DNA of 64,000 nt from Candidatus Anderseniibacteriota bacterium (GCA_040900375.1 JBBDZC010000021.1:5258-69257), one strand, 5' to 3'. Numbered from the stretch's first letter, positions 46,728 through 56,818 are shown. Translations and numbers: made by a program. The notes: generated by a model not told the origin, from the sequence alone.

Positions 46728-47387
46728 ATGCGCATTGGGATTGATGCTCACATTATTCTGCCGCAGCACAAGCGGTATGATCCACGGATTGCCCGGTATA
46801 CCGAGCAGCTAATTAATAATATTTTGGAGGCTGACGGCAACGAGGAACATACTTGGGTGCTCTTTTTCGATGAGCGTATGAAGGATACGGCAAAGTTCAA
46901 ACGGAAAAACGTAGAAATTAAACACTTTCCTTTCATTCAGTACCGCACGTACTTACCAGTGGTGTATTCGCACATGCTCATTTCCGCTTTTTTGCGTTCA
47001 GCCCGTCTCGATGTCTTTCACTCGCCGGAGGGACTAATTCCGTTTGTGTATCCGGGTAAGATTGTCACCACCTTTCACTATGTTCCCCGCGGTGAGAGCG
47101 AAAGTAACTTGTTTGTTCGGACTTTTATGCTCGGCGCGCGCGCGGCCTTTGCGCAGCTGTGCCGCCGGGCGCGGCGGATTATTGTTAGCAAGCGCAGCGA
47201 CAAAAAGTTGCTGGTGGAGCGGCACAAGTACCCAGAAGAACACATAGTAGTTATGGAAGAGGAGGATATGGAACGGGTGGATTGGCCCAAACGTATTAAA
47301 GAATTACTGCATGTTTATGATGAGGTCGTCACCGAAAAGACAGCCCGTAAGAAGAAAGAAAAGCTTAAGAAAAAGGCTGTTTCCTGA
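46728..47387 (+). CDS. GT4-like N-terminal domain only
   Basis: MRIGIDA, IARYT..L, LDVFHSP, IVTTFH; no C-terminal donor-binding domain. Confidence 0.7.
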   Translation: MRIGIDAHIILPQHKRYDPRIARYTEQLINNILEADGNEEHTWVLFFDERMKDTAKFKRKNVEIKHFPFIQYRTYLPVVYSHMLISAFLRSARLDVFHSPEGLIPFVYPGKIVTTFHYVPRGESESNLFVRTFMLGARAAFAQLCRRARRIIVSKRSDKKLLVERHKYPEEHIVVMEEEDMERVDWPKRIKELLHVYDEVVTEKTARKKKEKLKKKAVS

Positions 47388-47459
47388 AGGGGGCTTAAGG
47401 GCGGGGAACGCGGCAAACTGCTTCACGTTTTGCTTGTTTCGCCGTACGCTTGAAGGCAC

Positions 47460-50456
47460 ATGACACCATCTGCTTCCAAGGCGGCCTTTGCCGATGTCGT
47501 GGCGGGGGTCGACAGCGATGCGCTCGAGCGAGAGATTTTATCGTTCTGGGATACAGAAAATATTTTTGCGGAATCCCTCGCCCAGACTGAGCAGGGACCA
47601 CTCTATATCTTTTATGACGGGCCGCCGTATGCCACGGGCAAGCCGCACTACGGGCACATTCTCCAGTCAGCAATTAAGGATACGGTCCTGCGGTATAAGA
47701 CGATGCGGGGTTACCATGTACCGCGCCGTGTCGGGTGGGATTGCCATGGACTGCCGGTAGAAACATTAGTTGAGAAAGAGCTTGGTATTACCAGCAAGCA
47801 AGAGATTGAACGGCTGGGGATTGCGGAATTCAATGCACATTGTCGGGCAGTCGTATTTCGCTATATTAAAGAATTTACGACAACTCTGCAGCGAATTGGC
47901 CGCTGGGCTGATTATGACAATGCCTATGCCACGCTTAATCAAGACTACATGGAGTCAGAGTGGTGGGTCTTTAAACAATTGTGGGATAAGGGTCTAGTCT
48001 ATAAAGCGTTTCGCTCAACACCATACTGTATCCGTTGCGCTACACCTCTTTCTAATTTTGAAGTTTCTAGCAACTACCAGGAGACGCAAGATACGGCAAT
48101 CTATGTCCTCCTTAAAGTAGTGGGGAGAGAAAATCTTTACTTGGCTGTTTGGACAACCACACCCTGGACTCTGCCAGGGAATGTGGCAGTCGCAATTAAT
48201 CCTGACCTTTCGTATGTGGTTGTTGAGCACGAAGATAAGAACATAATTGTTGCTCAAGAAAGGGTATCGGAAGTGTTCGATAAAAAAGGCCTCAATCAAG
48301 CACTGCTTAGCTTGCAGGAACTCACTACTTTATCATATGAACCCCTCTATAATTTCTTACCAGCGGCGGGGGCTTACCGAGTAGTGGAAAGCGAGCATGT
48401 CACGAGTGACGACGGGACCGGTTTAGTCCATATTGCCCCGGCCTTTGGTGAAGAAGATTTTGTGGTAGCCAAAAATAATAGTTTGCCGACGCTGCGAACA
48501 GTTGATCCCCACGGTAACTTCATTCCCGAGGTTACGCTGTGGGCGGGAAAGAATATCTTTGCGGTTAACCAGGAGATTATTGTCGAGTTAGAGCAGCGTG
48601 GACTTCTGCTTAGACAAGAGTCTTTTCGCCATAGCTACCCTTTTTGCTGGCGTTGCGATCAGCCGCTCATTTACTATGCACTCGATACTTGGTTTATTCG
48701 CGTGGAAGAACTCAAAGAACGCATGCTCAAGATTAATGAAAAGATTGACTGGACGCCGAAGCATGTTCAGCACGGCCGTTTTGGTAAAGGCATTGTCGCC
48801 GCTCCTGATTGGGCAGTCTCGCGGAATCGTTACTGGAGCGTCCCGCTGCCGATATGGGAGTGTGATGCCTGTAGTCGCCGCGTGTGTTTGGGCAGTGTGG
48901 CAGAACTGCAGGAGCTTAGTGGTCAACACGATATTCCTGATCTTCATCGGCCCCTGGTTGATACCTTTACCTGGCCATGTGGAGCGGCGCTGGGCGCTGA
49001 TGGCACAACTCCTGAAATCTGCGAGGGCACTATGAGACGGACACCGGAGGTGCTTGATGTGTGGTTTGATTCAGGGGCCATGCCGTATGCGCAGTGGCAC
49101 TACCCATTTGAGCGAAAAGAATTTGTCGAGCAAGGATACCCGGCGGATTTTATTGCCGAGAGCATTGAAATGACCCGTGCCTGGTTTTATGTCTTGCATG
49201 TCTTAGCGACAGCGCTAACTCAAGAAGACATTGGTTTAGGTGTTGATCAGCCAGCGTTTAAACACGCCATTGCCTCGGGCCTCATTTTTGCGGAGGATGG
49301 CAAGAAGCTTTCCAAAAAGCTTAAAAATTATCCGGAAATTGAACCTACTCTCGAGCGGTATGGGGCTGATACGCTACGCTTTTATTTACTGGCAAGTACT
49401 AGCCTAGGGGAGCCGTACCGATTTTCCGAGAAAGACCTTAAGCAGGTACAACGGGCGTTCTATATGACGCTCTGGAATGTATATAGCTTCTTTGTCCGCT
49501 ACGCCAATACGCATGCCTGGCGTTCCAGTAAGCGGCGCCGGGCGAGCACCCACCTTCTTGATCAATGGATCCGAGCGCGGCTGGCACAGTTCGAGCGAGA
49601 GGTAACGCAGCACTTGGAAGAGTATACGATTGACCAGGCCGCTCGGGCTTTCTTAGGCTACAGTGATGACTTGAGTAATTGGTACGTGCGCCGTTCTCGG
49701 TCGCGATTTCAAAAACCAGTCTCGCGGGCAGCGGCGGATGAAGCTTTTGCGACGCTCTACGAAGTGTTAACCCGCACGGCGGTGGTCCTGGCCCCTTTTA
49801 TGCCGTTTGTGAGCGAAGCAATATATCGCAATTTGGCGGGACAAAAGCCAGCCCAGGGCAAAAAGACTTCGGTGCACTTGGCGGCGTGGCCAAAAGCGGC
49901 GGCTAGCAAGAATCGGGAGAAAACTGTTTTAGAGGACATGCGGCATGTCCGGGAAATTGTTTCCCAGGGGCTAGCGCTACGGGCGCAGGCAGGTATTAAG
50001 GTGCGGCAGCCTTTAGCAGAACTGGCGGTGAGCGGAAAATCACTCGGGGAAGAATTGACCGAGATGATCCGGGATGAGGTTAACGTCAAGGCAGTTTCGT
50101 ACCAGTCAGTTGTCCCGCAAGAGGGTTGGTTAGTGGCCGCGTCACGCGAGGAAGAACAGATAGGCTTGGATACGCGCCTGACTCCCGCATTGCGTCACGA
50201 AGGTTATGCCCGAGAAATTATTCGCTACGGGCAGGTACTTCGCAAAGAAGCTAACTATGCTCTCAATGACCGGATTATCGTTAAGGCGGAAACTACCGAC
50301 CAAGACCTACAAGCCGTCTTGGCCGCATATGGTTCAGATATTAGAGAAGCCTTGCAAGCCGAGACCATCGAAGTTATCGGGGACAATTATGATGTGGAGC
50401 GGGTAATCAAAATTGATAGCAAAACAGTAACCCTCGCAGTACGTCGGGCGTCGTAA
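47460..50456 (+). CDS. ileS: Isoleucine--tRNA ligase (type 2)
   Basis: YDGPPYATGKPHYGH, GWDCHGLP, WTTTPWTLP, DWAVSRNRYW, KLSKK. Confidence 0.96.
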   Translation: MTPSASKAAFADVVAGVDSDALEREILSFWDTENIFAESLAQTEQGPLYIFYDGPPYATGKPHYGHILQSAIKDTVLRYKTMRGYHVPRRVGWDCHGLPVETLVEKELGITSKQEIERLGIAEFNAHCRAVVFRYIKEFTTTLQRIGRWADYDNAYATLNQDYMESEWWVFKQLWDKGLVYKAFRSTPYCIRCATPLSNFEVSSNYQETQDTAIYVLLKVVGRENLYLAVWTTTPWTLPGNVAVAINPDLSYVVVEHEDKNIIVAQERVSEVFDKKGLNQALLSLQELTTLSYEPLYNFLPAAGAYRVVESEHVTSDDGTGLVHIAPAFGEEDFVVAKNNSLPTLRTVDPHGNFIPEVTLWAGKNIFAVNQEIIVELEQRGLLLRQESFRHSYPFCWRCDQPLIYYALDTWFIRVEELKERMLKINEKIDWTPKHVQHGRFGKGIVAAPDWAVSRNRYWSVPLPIWECDACSRRVCLGSVAELQELSGQHDIPDLHRPLVDTFTWPCGAALGADGTTPEICEGTMRRTPEVLDVWFDSGAMPYAQWHYPFERKEFVEQGYPADFIAESIEMTRAWFYVLHVLATALTQEDIGLGVDQPAFKHAIASGLIFAEDGKKLSKKLKNYPEIEPTLERYGADTLRFYLLASTSLGEPYRFSEKDLKQVQRAFYMTLWNVYSFFVRYANTHAWRSSKRRRASTHLLDQWIRARLAQFEREVTQHLEEYTIDQAARAFLGYSDDLSNWYVRRSRSRFQKPVSRAAADEAFATLYEVLTRTAVVLAPFMPFVSEAIYRNLAGQKPAQGKKTSVHLAAWPKAAASKNREKTVLEDMRHVREIVSQGLALRAQAGIKVRQPLAELAVSGKSLGEELTEMIRDEVNVKAVSYQSVVPQEGWLVAASREEEQIGLDTRLTPALRHEGYAREIIRYGQVLRKEANYALNDRIIVKAETTDQDLQAVLAAYGSDIREALQAETIEVIGDNYDVERVIKIDSKTVTLAVRRAS

Positions 50457-50529
50457 GTGCTATTGGTAAAAATTAGGTTACTCGCTTGCCGACCAGGCGA
50501 AAAAATCAGTGATGCGGTATACTACACTC

Positions 50530-51297
50530 ATGATGCGGCGGGAAAAGATTCATGCCCTGATCCTGGCACGGAAAAATAGCGGCGAGGCTGACCGCTTTTT
50601 GACGCTATTCACGCGTGATTATGGGTTGCTGCGGGTGGTGGCTAAAGGTGTGCGTAAAATTCCCTCACGGCGGGGTGGCCACCTTGAGCCGCTGACGCAC
50701 GCCCTCGTCATTATTTCAGGAGGACCGGGTCATTACTTTTTAGCGGCGGTGGAGACCCAGCACGAACATCTAACTTTACGCCGTGATACTGTGGCCCGGG
50801 CTCATGCCCAGACTTTAGCTCATCTGCCTATTTACCTCTTTGAAGAAGCGGAAGTGAATGCGACATTATTTGATGCTGTTCACCATGCGTGGCAGATTTT
50901 GCCTGACTTAGAGATTGCCAAACAGCAAACACTGGTGACTGCTGTGACGCTCCATGCCTTGCGGTGTGCCGGGCTCATGCCGGACCTGGCCGCCTGCCAA
51001 GCATGTGGAGTGCAGCAACCAACTGATGCAGTAATTATGGATGCCCGGGGCGGCGGGTGGCGCTGTCTGCCGTGTCTCACCAGCTTGTCGGGGACACGGC
51101 TGTCGCTTTCTCCACGACTACTCAAGGCGGTCCGTTTTATTGCGCGCTATCCCGAGCGAGCGCTGCAGGTCCGCCTGGCGGCTGAAGAAAGCCAGCAAAT
51201 TGGGGCGACCATTCAGGAATATGTTGAGCATACTATTGGCAAATCTCTACTCTCCCCGCCCGCGCCGCTCTTGACGCCACTGCTATATGCCCAGTGA
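50530..51297 (+). CDS. recO: DNA repair protein RecO
   Basis: GEADRFLTLFTRDYG....AKGVRK..SR..G.LEP; CxxC...CxxC. Confidence 0.92.
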   Translation: MMRREKIHALILARKNSGEADRFLTLFTRDYGLLRVVAKGVRKIPSRRGGHLEPLTHALVIISGGPGHYFLAAVETQHEHLTLRRDTVARAHAQTLAHLPIYLFEEAEVNATLFDAVHHAWQILPDLEIAKQQTLVTAVTLHALRCAGLMPDLAACQACGVQQPTDAVIMDARGGGWRCLPCLTSLSGTRLSLSPRLLKAVRFIARYPERALQVRLAAEESQQIGATIQEYVEHTIGKSLLSPPAPLLTPLLYAQ

Positions 51298-53329
51298 GAA
51301 GAAGGGGCTACCAGTACCCGCCGATTCTCAACCGGGCGAGGGCAAGCCTCCGTTACCGGGTAATTTAACCACGCCTCCTGGTCAGTCCGAAGAAGCAGTG
51401 TTGAGCCAGCTCAAGCGGGAGTTATACGCCCGAGATGAATCAAAGACGATTACTAATCGGGGTGAGGAATTGCACCACCTCGGCATTCGCCGACAAGTGT
51501 TGCCACCAGCGATAGTGAGCAAGGAAGAGCCAACAGTTGCTTTTGAAAGTTTGATAACTAAGCGAGCCAAACGCCGCCGCCGCGTATTGCTGGGCGCGGG
51601 CGGCATTAGCTTGCTCATTTTTTTGTTTGGCAGCGCGGTGGCGGGAACGTTGTGGTACCGCCTGCGCCAGACGGTGAAGCAAGAACAAATTAGAGTAGAG
51701 CTGACCGCGCCGACCGAGTTTACGACTGGCGAAACGATTACCTACCGGGCACAGTTGCGCAATGATAGTTATGTTGATTGGGAAAATGTGGAGCTAGTTT
51801 TTGAACCGCCCCGAGGCTTTCGCTACCGCGAGAGTTCGCACGAGCTACAGCGCAATAATAAGCAATATACGGCAACCTTGAACACGCTGGCGAGCGGGCA
51901 AGAGGCGACGGTCGAGATCAATGGTCAGTTGCTGGGGGAGCATAATGCTTCACTGGTAGCCCGGGCGGAAGTAGTCTTTACGCCAAAGAATTTTCCGAGC
52001 GGGCGATTTACGAAATCAACCTTGGCGACGACGGTGATTACTTTGGTGCCCATTGATGTAGCGATTGATGCGACTGATGAAGCCCAGAGTGGCGAACGTC
52101 TACTGGTCACCGTGCAGGTACGTAACAATAGTCCCAATACTTTAGAAGGAGCATACCTTAGGATCAACCCTGCCCCAGGGATGGAAGTTGCCCCGGAAGA
52201 TGCGCAATTCTCCCCAGGGTTTTCGGTGGTTGATTCGCGGTGGGAACTGGGAGTGCTCGAGCCGCTCGCGAATGTTCAGCGCCAACTTGTAGTTTATGTC
52301 GAGGGCGAGCCGAGCGAGCGGCGGACACTCGATGTCGAGTTGGGCATTCAAGACGGTGAGGAGGAGTTTATTCAACGCTCGGTAGCCCACTTAATCACTA
52401 TCACCGCTTCTGCTTTGGCGGTTGAGCAAGTCTACAATGATCAGAGTAACTCGCTGATCGTTACTCCTGAAGAGCGAATTAGCGGCGTGATCCGTTACAC
52501 GAATATTGGCACCGGAGGACTTAAAAATGTGGTCATTAAGGTAGCTTTTGAAGGAACGGGCATTGATCCGGCTTCGCTGCGGCTACCGGCTGGAGCCTAT
52601 GACCCAACTACGCGCACAATTACCTGGACGGCTGCTTCTGTGTCGGCGCTGGCGACAGTGCAGCCGCGCCAGGAAGGGTCAGTGTCGTACGAGTTTCAGA
52701 TTCTCCCCGCGGCTGGTTTTCCGACGTCCGGAGATGACGCGAAAAATAATGTGCTGACAGCAATCGCCACAATTGATAGTCCGGATTTAATTACCCCGAC
52801 TGGGCAGCAGCGTAACTTAGTCTCTGATCGGTCAGTTTTATCAATTGCCACGACACTCTCATTGGAGACGGATGCTTTCTATGATGATGGTCGCCTCGGC
52901 ATTGAAAGTAGTGGACCCTTGCCGCCACGAGCCGGGGAACAAACAACGTATACACTCCGTTTTCGTTTAGGCTCGACACTCAATGATATGGGTGACGTAA
53001 AGCTTGTTGCTGTTCTGCCAGATGGAGTGCGGTATATGGATAAAATATATAAGACGGCCGGCGAAGTCACGTTTAACGAGCGCACCGGCGAGATCATTTG
53101 GACGCTGCCGACTTTAGCTGGTCTGACCGCGCGCGCGCTACCAGGGGAGGAACTTCAAGCCCAAATTGCCATTACCCCGGCTGAACACCAACGCGGCCAA
53201 AGCATTACTTTCCTTAACCGTTTGACGGCTGAAGGCACTGATCTCTTTACGGAAAATTCAATTCAGACCCAGATAACAAGCTTCCCCACAACCGAGACCG
53301 CTGTGAGGAATAAAGGCACGGTCGAGTAG
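51287..53329 (+). CDS. Large bitopic protein with tandem Ig-like (DUF11-like) domains
   Basis: Single TM helix after RRRR; repeated GE.ITY....N...L.NV patterns. Confidence 0.7.
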   Translation: MPSEKKGLPVPADSQPGEGKPPLPGNLTTPPGQSEEAVLSQLKRELYARDESKTITNRGEELHHLGIRRQVLPPAIVSKEEPTVAFESLITKRAKRRRRVLLGAGGISLLIFLFGSAVAGTLWYRLRQTVKQEQIRVELTAPTEFTTGETITYRAQLRNDSYVDWENVELVFEPPRGFRYRESSHELQRNNKQYTATLNTLASGQEATVEINGQLLGEHNASLVARAEVVFTPKNFPSGRFTKSTLATTVITLVPIDVAIDATDEAQSGERLLVTVQVRNNSPNTLEGAYLRINPAPGMEVAPEDAQFSPGFSVVDSRWELGVLEPLANVQRQLVVYVEGEPSERRTLDVELGIQDGEEEFIQRSVAHLITITASALAVEQVYNDQSNSLIVTPEERISGVIRYTNIGTGGLKNVVIKVAFEGTGIDPASLRLPAGAYDPTTRTITWTAASVSALATVQPRQEGSVSYEFQILPAAGFPTSGDDAKNNVLTAIATIDSPDLITPTGQQRNLVSDRSVLSIATTLSLETDAFYDDGRLGIESSGPLPPRAGEQTTYTLRFRLGSTLNDMGDVKLVAVLPDGVRYMDKIYKTAGEVTFNERTGEIIWTLPTLAGLTARALPGEELQAQIAITPAEHQRGQSITFLNRLTAEGTDLFTENSIQTQITSFPTTETAVRNKGTVE

Positions 53330-53433
53330 GCGAGACAGCAATTCATTATTCACCAAGCTCAACTTTTGGTGCTTGACGGGGGTGAGAGATCACCCTACGT
53401 ATAACAAATACCTTATATAGTAGAGAAGGTACT

Positions 53434-54579
53434 ATGTTTTCATTTCAGGTGAAGAAACAATTAGGCGAGGCACGCTTCAGTGTGCTCACGACCCCGCATG
53501 GCAGTATTCCAGGACCGTTTTTTCAATTTGTCGCTACTCAAGCTGCTATTCGCGGCATGGTTTTTACTGAAGATCTGCAAAAGCTCGGGGTAGATATATT
53601 ATTAGCCAATACCTATCACCTACACTTACGACCCGGAGAAGATATTGTGGCTGCCGCGGGCGGCCTTCATGAATTTATGCAGTGGGAGCGGCCGATCACG
53701 ACTGATTCGGGCGGCTACCAAGTATTTAGCCTAGGTACACAGGTTACGGTAGATCCTGGCGGTGTGACCTTTCGCTCACCGCGCAGTGGCGACCTGGTTC
53801 GCTTCACACCCGAGAGCACCATGCAGATGCAAGCGAAATTAGGGGCGGATATCATCATGCCGCTCGATGTGTGCACGCCTTATGGGGCATCACTGCCGGA
53901 GGTAGCCCGCGCGGTGGAGCAGACGACCGAGTGGGCAAAGCGTTGCCAGCTTGAGCATGAACGTCTCCAGTCAGGACGGCCGTTTCCCCAAGTGGTATAT
54001 GGAATTGTGCAGGGAGGAGTATATCCTGACTTACGGGAAAAAAGCGCGGCTAGTTTACGCGAGTTAAACTTTTTCGGCTATAGCATTGGTGGGGAGCTGC
54101 GGGATCAAGATGACTACATGGTAGAAGAGGGAGTGTTGATGACGACTCCTCATTTACCAGCAGATAAACCCCGGTATCTGATGGGCTCTGGTGCCCCCGA
54201 AGATATCGTCAGAGCCGTGCGGGCAGGGATTGATCAATTTGACTGTGTGTTACCGGTGCGTAACGCCCGCCACGGGAAAGTGTATATGGATCTTAACACG
54301 ACAGAATTAATTGCTTGTCTACGTGATCCCGCACGGCCGGTTGAGCCCGCGCGTTTGTATACCGCCCACGATATGCGCAAGAGTATCTATGCGCGGGACT
54401 TCTCCGTTTTCTCGCCGGCTAACCCGGCCACTGAACGCGCTTACAGTCGAGCGTATGTGCACCACCTCTTGCGCGCCGAACCACTGTCTGGCGTGAGGCT
54501 GACGGTGCTCCATAATATCCATTTTTATGTGCAACTCCTGCAGGCGATACGCCAGACAATTGAGGCTTACGGCTCGTAA
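53434..54579 (+). CDS. tgt: tRNA-guanine transglycosylase (divergent)
   Basis: LANTYHL.LRPG, TDSGGYQVFSL, GIVQGG, KPRYLMG, FDCVLP.RNARHG. Confidence 0.92.
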   Translation: MFSFQVKKQLGEARFSVLTTPHGSIPGPFFQFVATQAAIRGMVFTEDLQKLGVDILLANTYHLHLRPGEDIVAAAGGLHEFMQWERPITTDSGGYQVFSLGTQVTVDPGGVTFRSPRSGDLVRFTPESTMQMQAKLGADIIMPLDVCTPYGASLPEVARAVEQTTEWAKRCQLEHERLQSGRPFPQVVYGIVQGGVYPDLREKSAASLRELNFFGYSIGGELRDQDDYMVEEGVLMTTPHLPADKPRYLMGSGAPEDIVRAVRAGIDQFDCVLPVRNARHGKVYMDLNTTELIACLRDPARPVEPARLYTAHDMRKSIYARDFSVFSPANPATERAYSRAYVHHLLRAEPLSGVRLTVLHNIHFYVQLLQAIRQTIEAYGS

Positions 54580-54612
54580 TATGGACGATAAGGGCTGTGC
54601 TATACTGGCGCT

Positions 54613-55164
54613 ATGCCCCTAGAAGTGCCGCGCCATAGCCCATCACTGGCTACGTCCCCGCCCAAGAGCGGCGAGCGGAGCGAGTCTGTGCCAGCCCATA
54701 CCTGGGCTGCGCGGCATAAACCTAGTTTTTCCGAGCGTCTCTTAGAGCGAGGGCCGTGGTATTCCGAGCGAAAGCGGCGGCGCAGCAGCTATATTAAGGA
54801 AACTTATAAGCCGGCCCGCAGTAATTTTAAAAAAGGGAAAGACCGGCAGCGTCAGCAGTTGGACAGAACACTAGAATTGAAACAGCGCGACATTGACCGC
54901 AAATGGCGTGTGCCAGCTTTACAGGAACGCTTGAAACAGGAGCGTAATCCGCGCACGCGTGAACGAGTGGCGCGTGATCTTGCGCATGCCCAAGAGCGAG
55001 CCCAGGAGGAATACGGACGATTTGCTAAAGATCAGGAGCAGGCGCACACGTTGTGGCTTAGGACAACGGAGCGAGGACTATACCAACAAAAAGAGGAAGC
55101 TTTTCGGACGATCACGCGAGACATGAATACCATGTGGCGCACGATGCATACTGATGAAGAATGA
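54613..55164 (+). CDS. Hypothetical highly charged helical protein
   Basis: 183 aa, R/E/K/Q-rich; TGcTATACT 6 nt before ATG. Confidence 0.7.
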   Translation: MPLEVPRHSPSLATSPPKSGERSESVPAHTWAARHKPSFSERLLERGPWYSERKRRRSSYIKETYKPARSNFKKGKDRQRQQLDRTLELKQRDIDRKWRVPALQERLKQERNPRTRERVARDLAHAQERAQEEYGRFAKDQEQAHTLWLRTTERGLYQQKEEAFRTITRDMNTMWRTMHTDEE

Positions 55165-55242
55165 GGCAAGGGCAGGGCTTGCGCTTTACTGGCGCACATA
55201 GTTAAATACGGTGATATTTGCTAAGTTGTTGAAGAGCTGCCT

Positions 55243-55377
55243 ATGTGTACGTCACTGCCCACCATGGAAACAATTGTCACTCTAGCGAAGCATCGGGCCC
55301 CAGTAGTACCTGCCCGTCCGGCAGGCGGGGAACCTACTTGGTTCACTACAGGGCTCGCTCGGCTTAAAGTATTATAG
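55243..55377 (+). pseudogene. Relic GlyRS N-terminus interrupted by a palindromic element
   Basis: Encodes METIVTLAKHR versus MEKIVALAKHR in glyS; similarity stops at a nested inverted repeat (55295-55356). Confidence 0.6.
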
Positions 55378-55389
55378 AGGAATTGCTAT

Positions 55390-56769
55390 ATGGCTGACAT
55401 AGAAATGGAAAAAATCGTTGCGCTTGCTAAACACCGCGGCTTTATTTTTCCTGGCTCGGAAATTTATGGCGGGCTGGCAAATAGTTGGGATTATGGTCCG
55501 CTGGGAACCCTGCTTAAGAATAATTTACGGGATGCTTGGTGGAAGTTTTTTGTGCAGCAGCGCCGTGATATGGTAGGGCTTGATGCGGCAATCTTAATGA
55601 ATCCAGAGGTATGGAAGGCTTCGGGCCATGTCGCTAACTTTAATGATCCGCTCATTGATTGTAAGTCGTGTCAGACTCGTTGGCGGGCTGATACACTGCT
55701 CGCCCAGCAGGCGCCCGAGATTACAGTGGCAGGCCTTAGTTTTGCCGATTTGCAAAAACTTTTTGCCGGGCGGGCATTCAAGTGCCCGCAGTGCGGGGCG
55801 AACGATTTTACCGAGGTGCGCCGCTTTAATTTATTATTTGAAACTTCGCTTGGCGTGGTAGAGGGGCAGAAGCAGACTATTTTTCTGCGGGGCGAGCTCG
55901 CCCAGGCGATGTTTGTTGATTTCAAGCGGGTGATGGAATCGATGCGCAAGCAACTGCCTTTTGGCATTGCCCAGGTGGGCCGCGTATTCCGTAATGAAAT
56001 TACCCCCGGTAACTTTATCTACCGGACGTTGGAGTTTGATTTAATGGAGTTCGAATATTTTATCGCGGCGGAGAATTGGCAGGAAATGTTTGATTACTGG
56101 CTAGAGCGGATGCAGCACTGGGCGGTTGTTGAAGTGGGGCTGACGGCCGCGCGCTTGCGCGTGCGCGAGCATCAACCTCATGAGCTCGCCCATTATTCCT
56201 CCCGGACTGCGGATATTGAGTACGAAACACCGTTTGGCTGGAAAGAGCTTTTTGGTTTAGCCTACCGCGGGGATTTTGACCTCAAGAACCATGCCGAGAA
56301 AAGCGGACAAGATTTGCAGGTGCTTGATCCAAAGTCAGGAGAAAAATACTATCCTCATGTGGTGGAACCGACCTTTGGTTTAACGCGGCTGGTGCTCATG
56401 ACACTTCTTGATGCTTATCACGAGGAGGAGGTCGAGGGGCAACTACGAGTGGTGTTGCGCTTCAAGCCGCAACTCGCGCCATATCAAGTCGCCATCCTTC
56501 CCCTTTCAAAGAAAGAAGAGCTCATGAAGGTGGCGCTGCCATTGGCCGATGAGTTGAGCCGGGTCATGAGCGTTGACTATGATGTGACGCAATCAATTGG
56601 CAAACGGTACCGCCGCCAAGATGAAATTGGCACACCTTATTGCGTGACGATTGATTTTGCCACACTGCAGGATGATCAGGCGACGGTGCGCGAGCGAGAC
56701 TCGATGAAGCAGGAGCGGATTGCCTTATCCCAGATCGCCTCGTATTTGCACGATAAGCTTCGGTCGTAA
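55390..56769 (+). CDS. glyQS: Glycine--tRNA ligase (alpha2 type)
   Basis: EIYGGL..SWDYGPLG, VWKASGH, PFGIAQVG..FRNEITP, SIGKRYRRQDEIGTP. Confidence 0.96.
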   Translation: MADIEMEKIVALAKHRGFIFPGSEIYGGLANSWDYGPLGTLLKNNLRDAWWKFFVQQRRDMVGLDAAILMNPEVWKASGHVANFNDPLIDCKSCQTRWRADTLLAQQAPEITVAGLSFADLQKLFAGRAFKCPQCGANDFTEVRRFNLLFETSLGVVEGQKQTIFLRGELAQAMFVDFKRVMESMRKQLPFGIAQVGRVFRNEITPGNFIYRTLEFDLMEFEYFIAAENWQEMFDYWLERMQHWAVVEVGLTAARLRVREHQPHELAHYSSRTADIEYETPFGWKELFGLAYRGDFDLKNHAEKSGQDLQVLDPKSGEKYYPHVVEPTFGLTRLVLMTLLDAYHEEEVEGQLRVVLRFKPQLAPYQVAILPLSKKEELMKVALPLADELSRVMSVDYDVTQSIGKRYRRQDEIGTPYCVTIDFATLQDDQATVRERDSMKQERIALSQIASYLHDKLRS

Positions 56770-56818
56770 AGATCTTTACGTAATTTATTTACTCTTTACT
56801 CAAGAATCCCGGAGACCT

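Noticed and set aside
47388-47459. T-box leaders before ileS, argS, glyS or leuS
   Set aside because: No T-box consensus (GGTGGNACCGCG) is visible and most leaders are too short.
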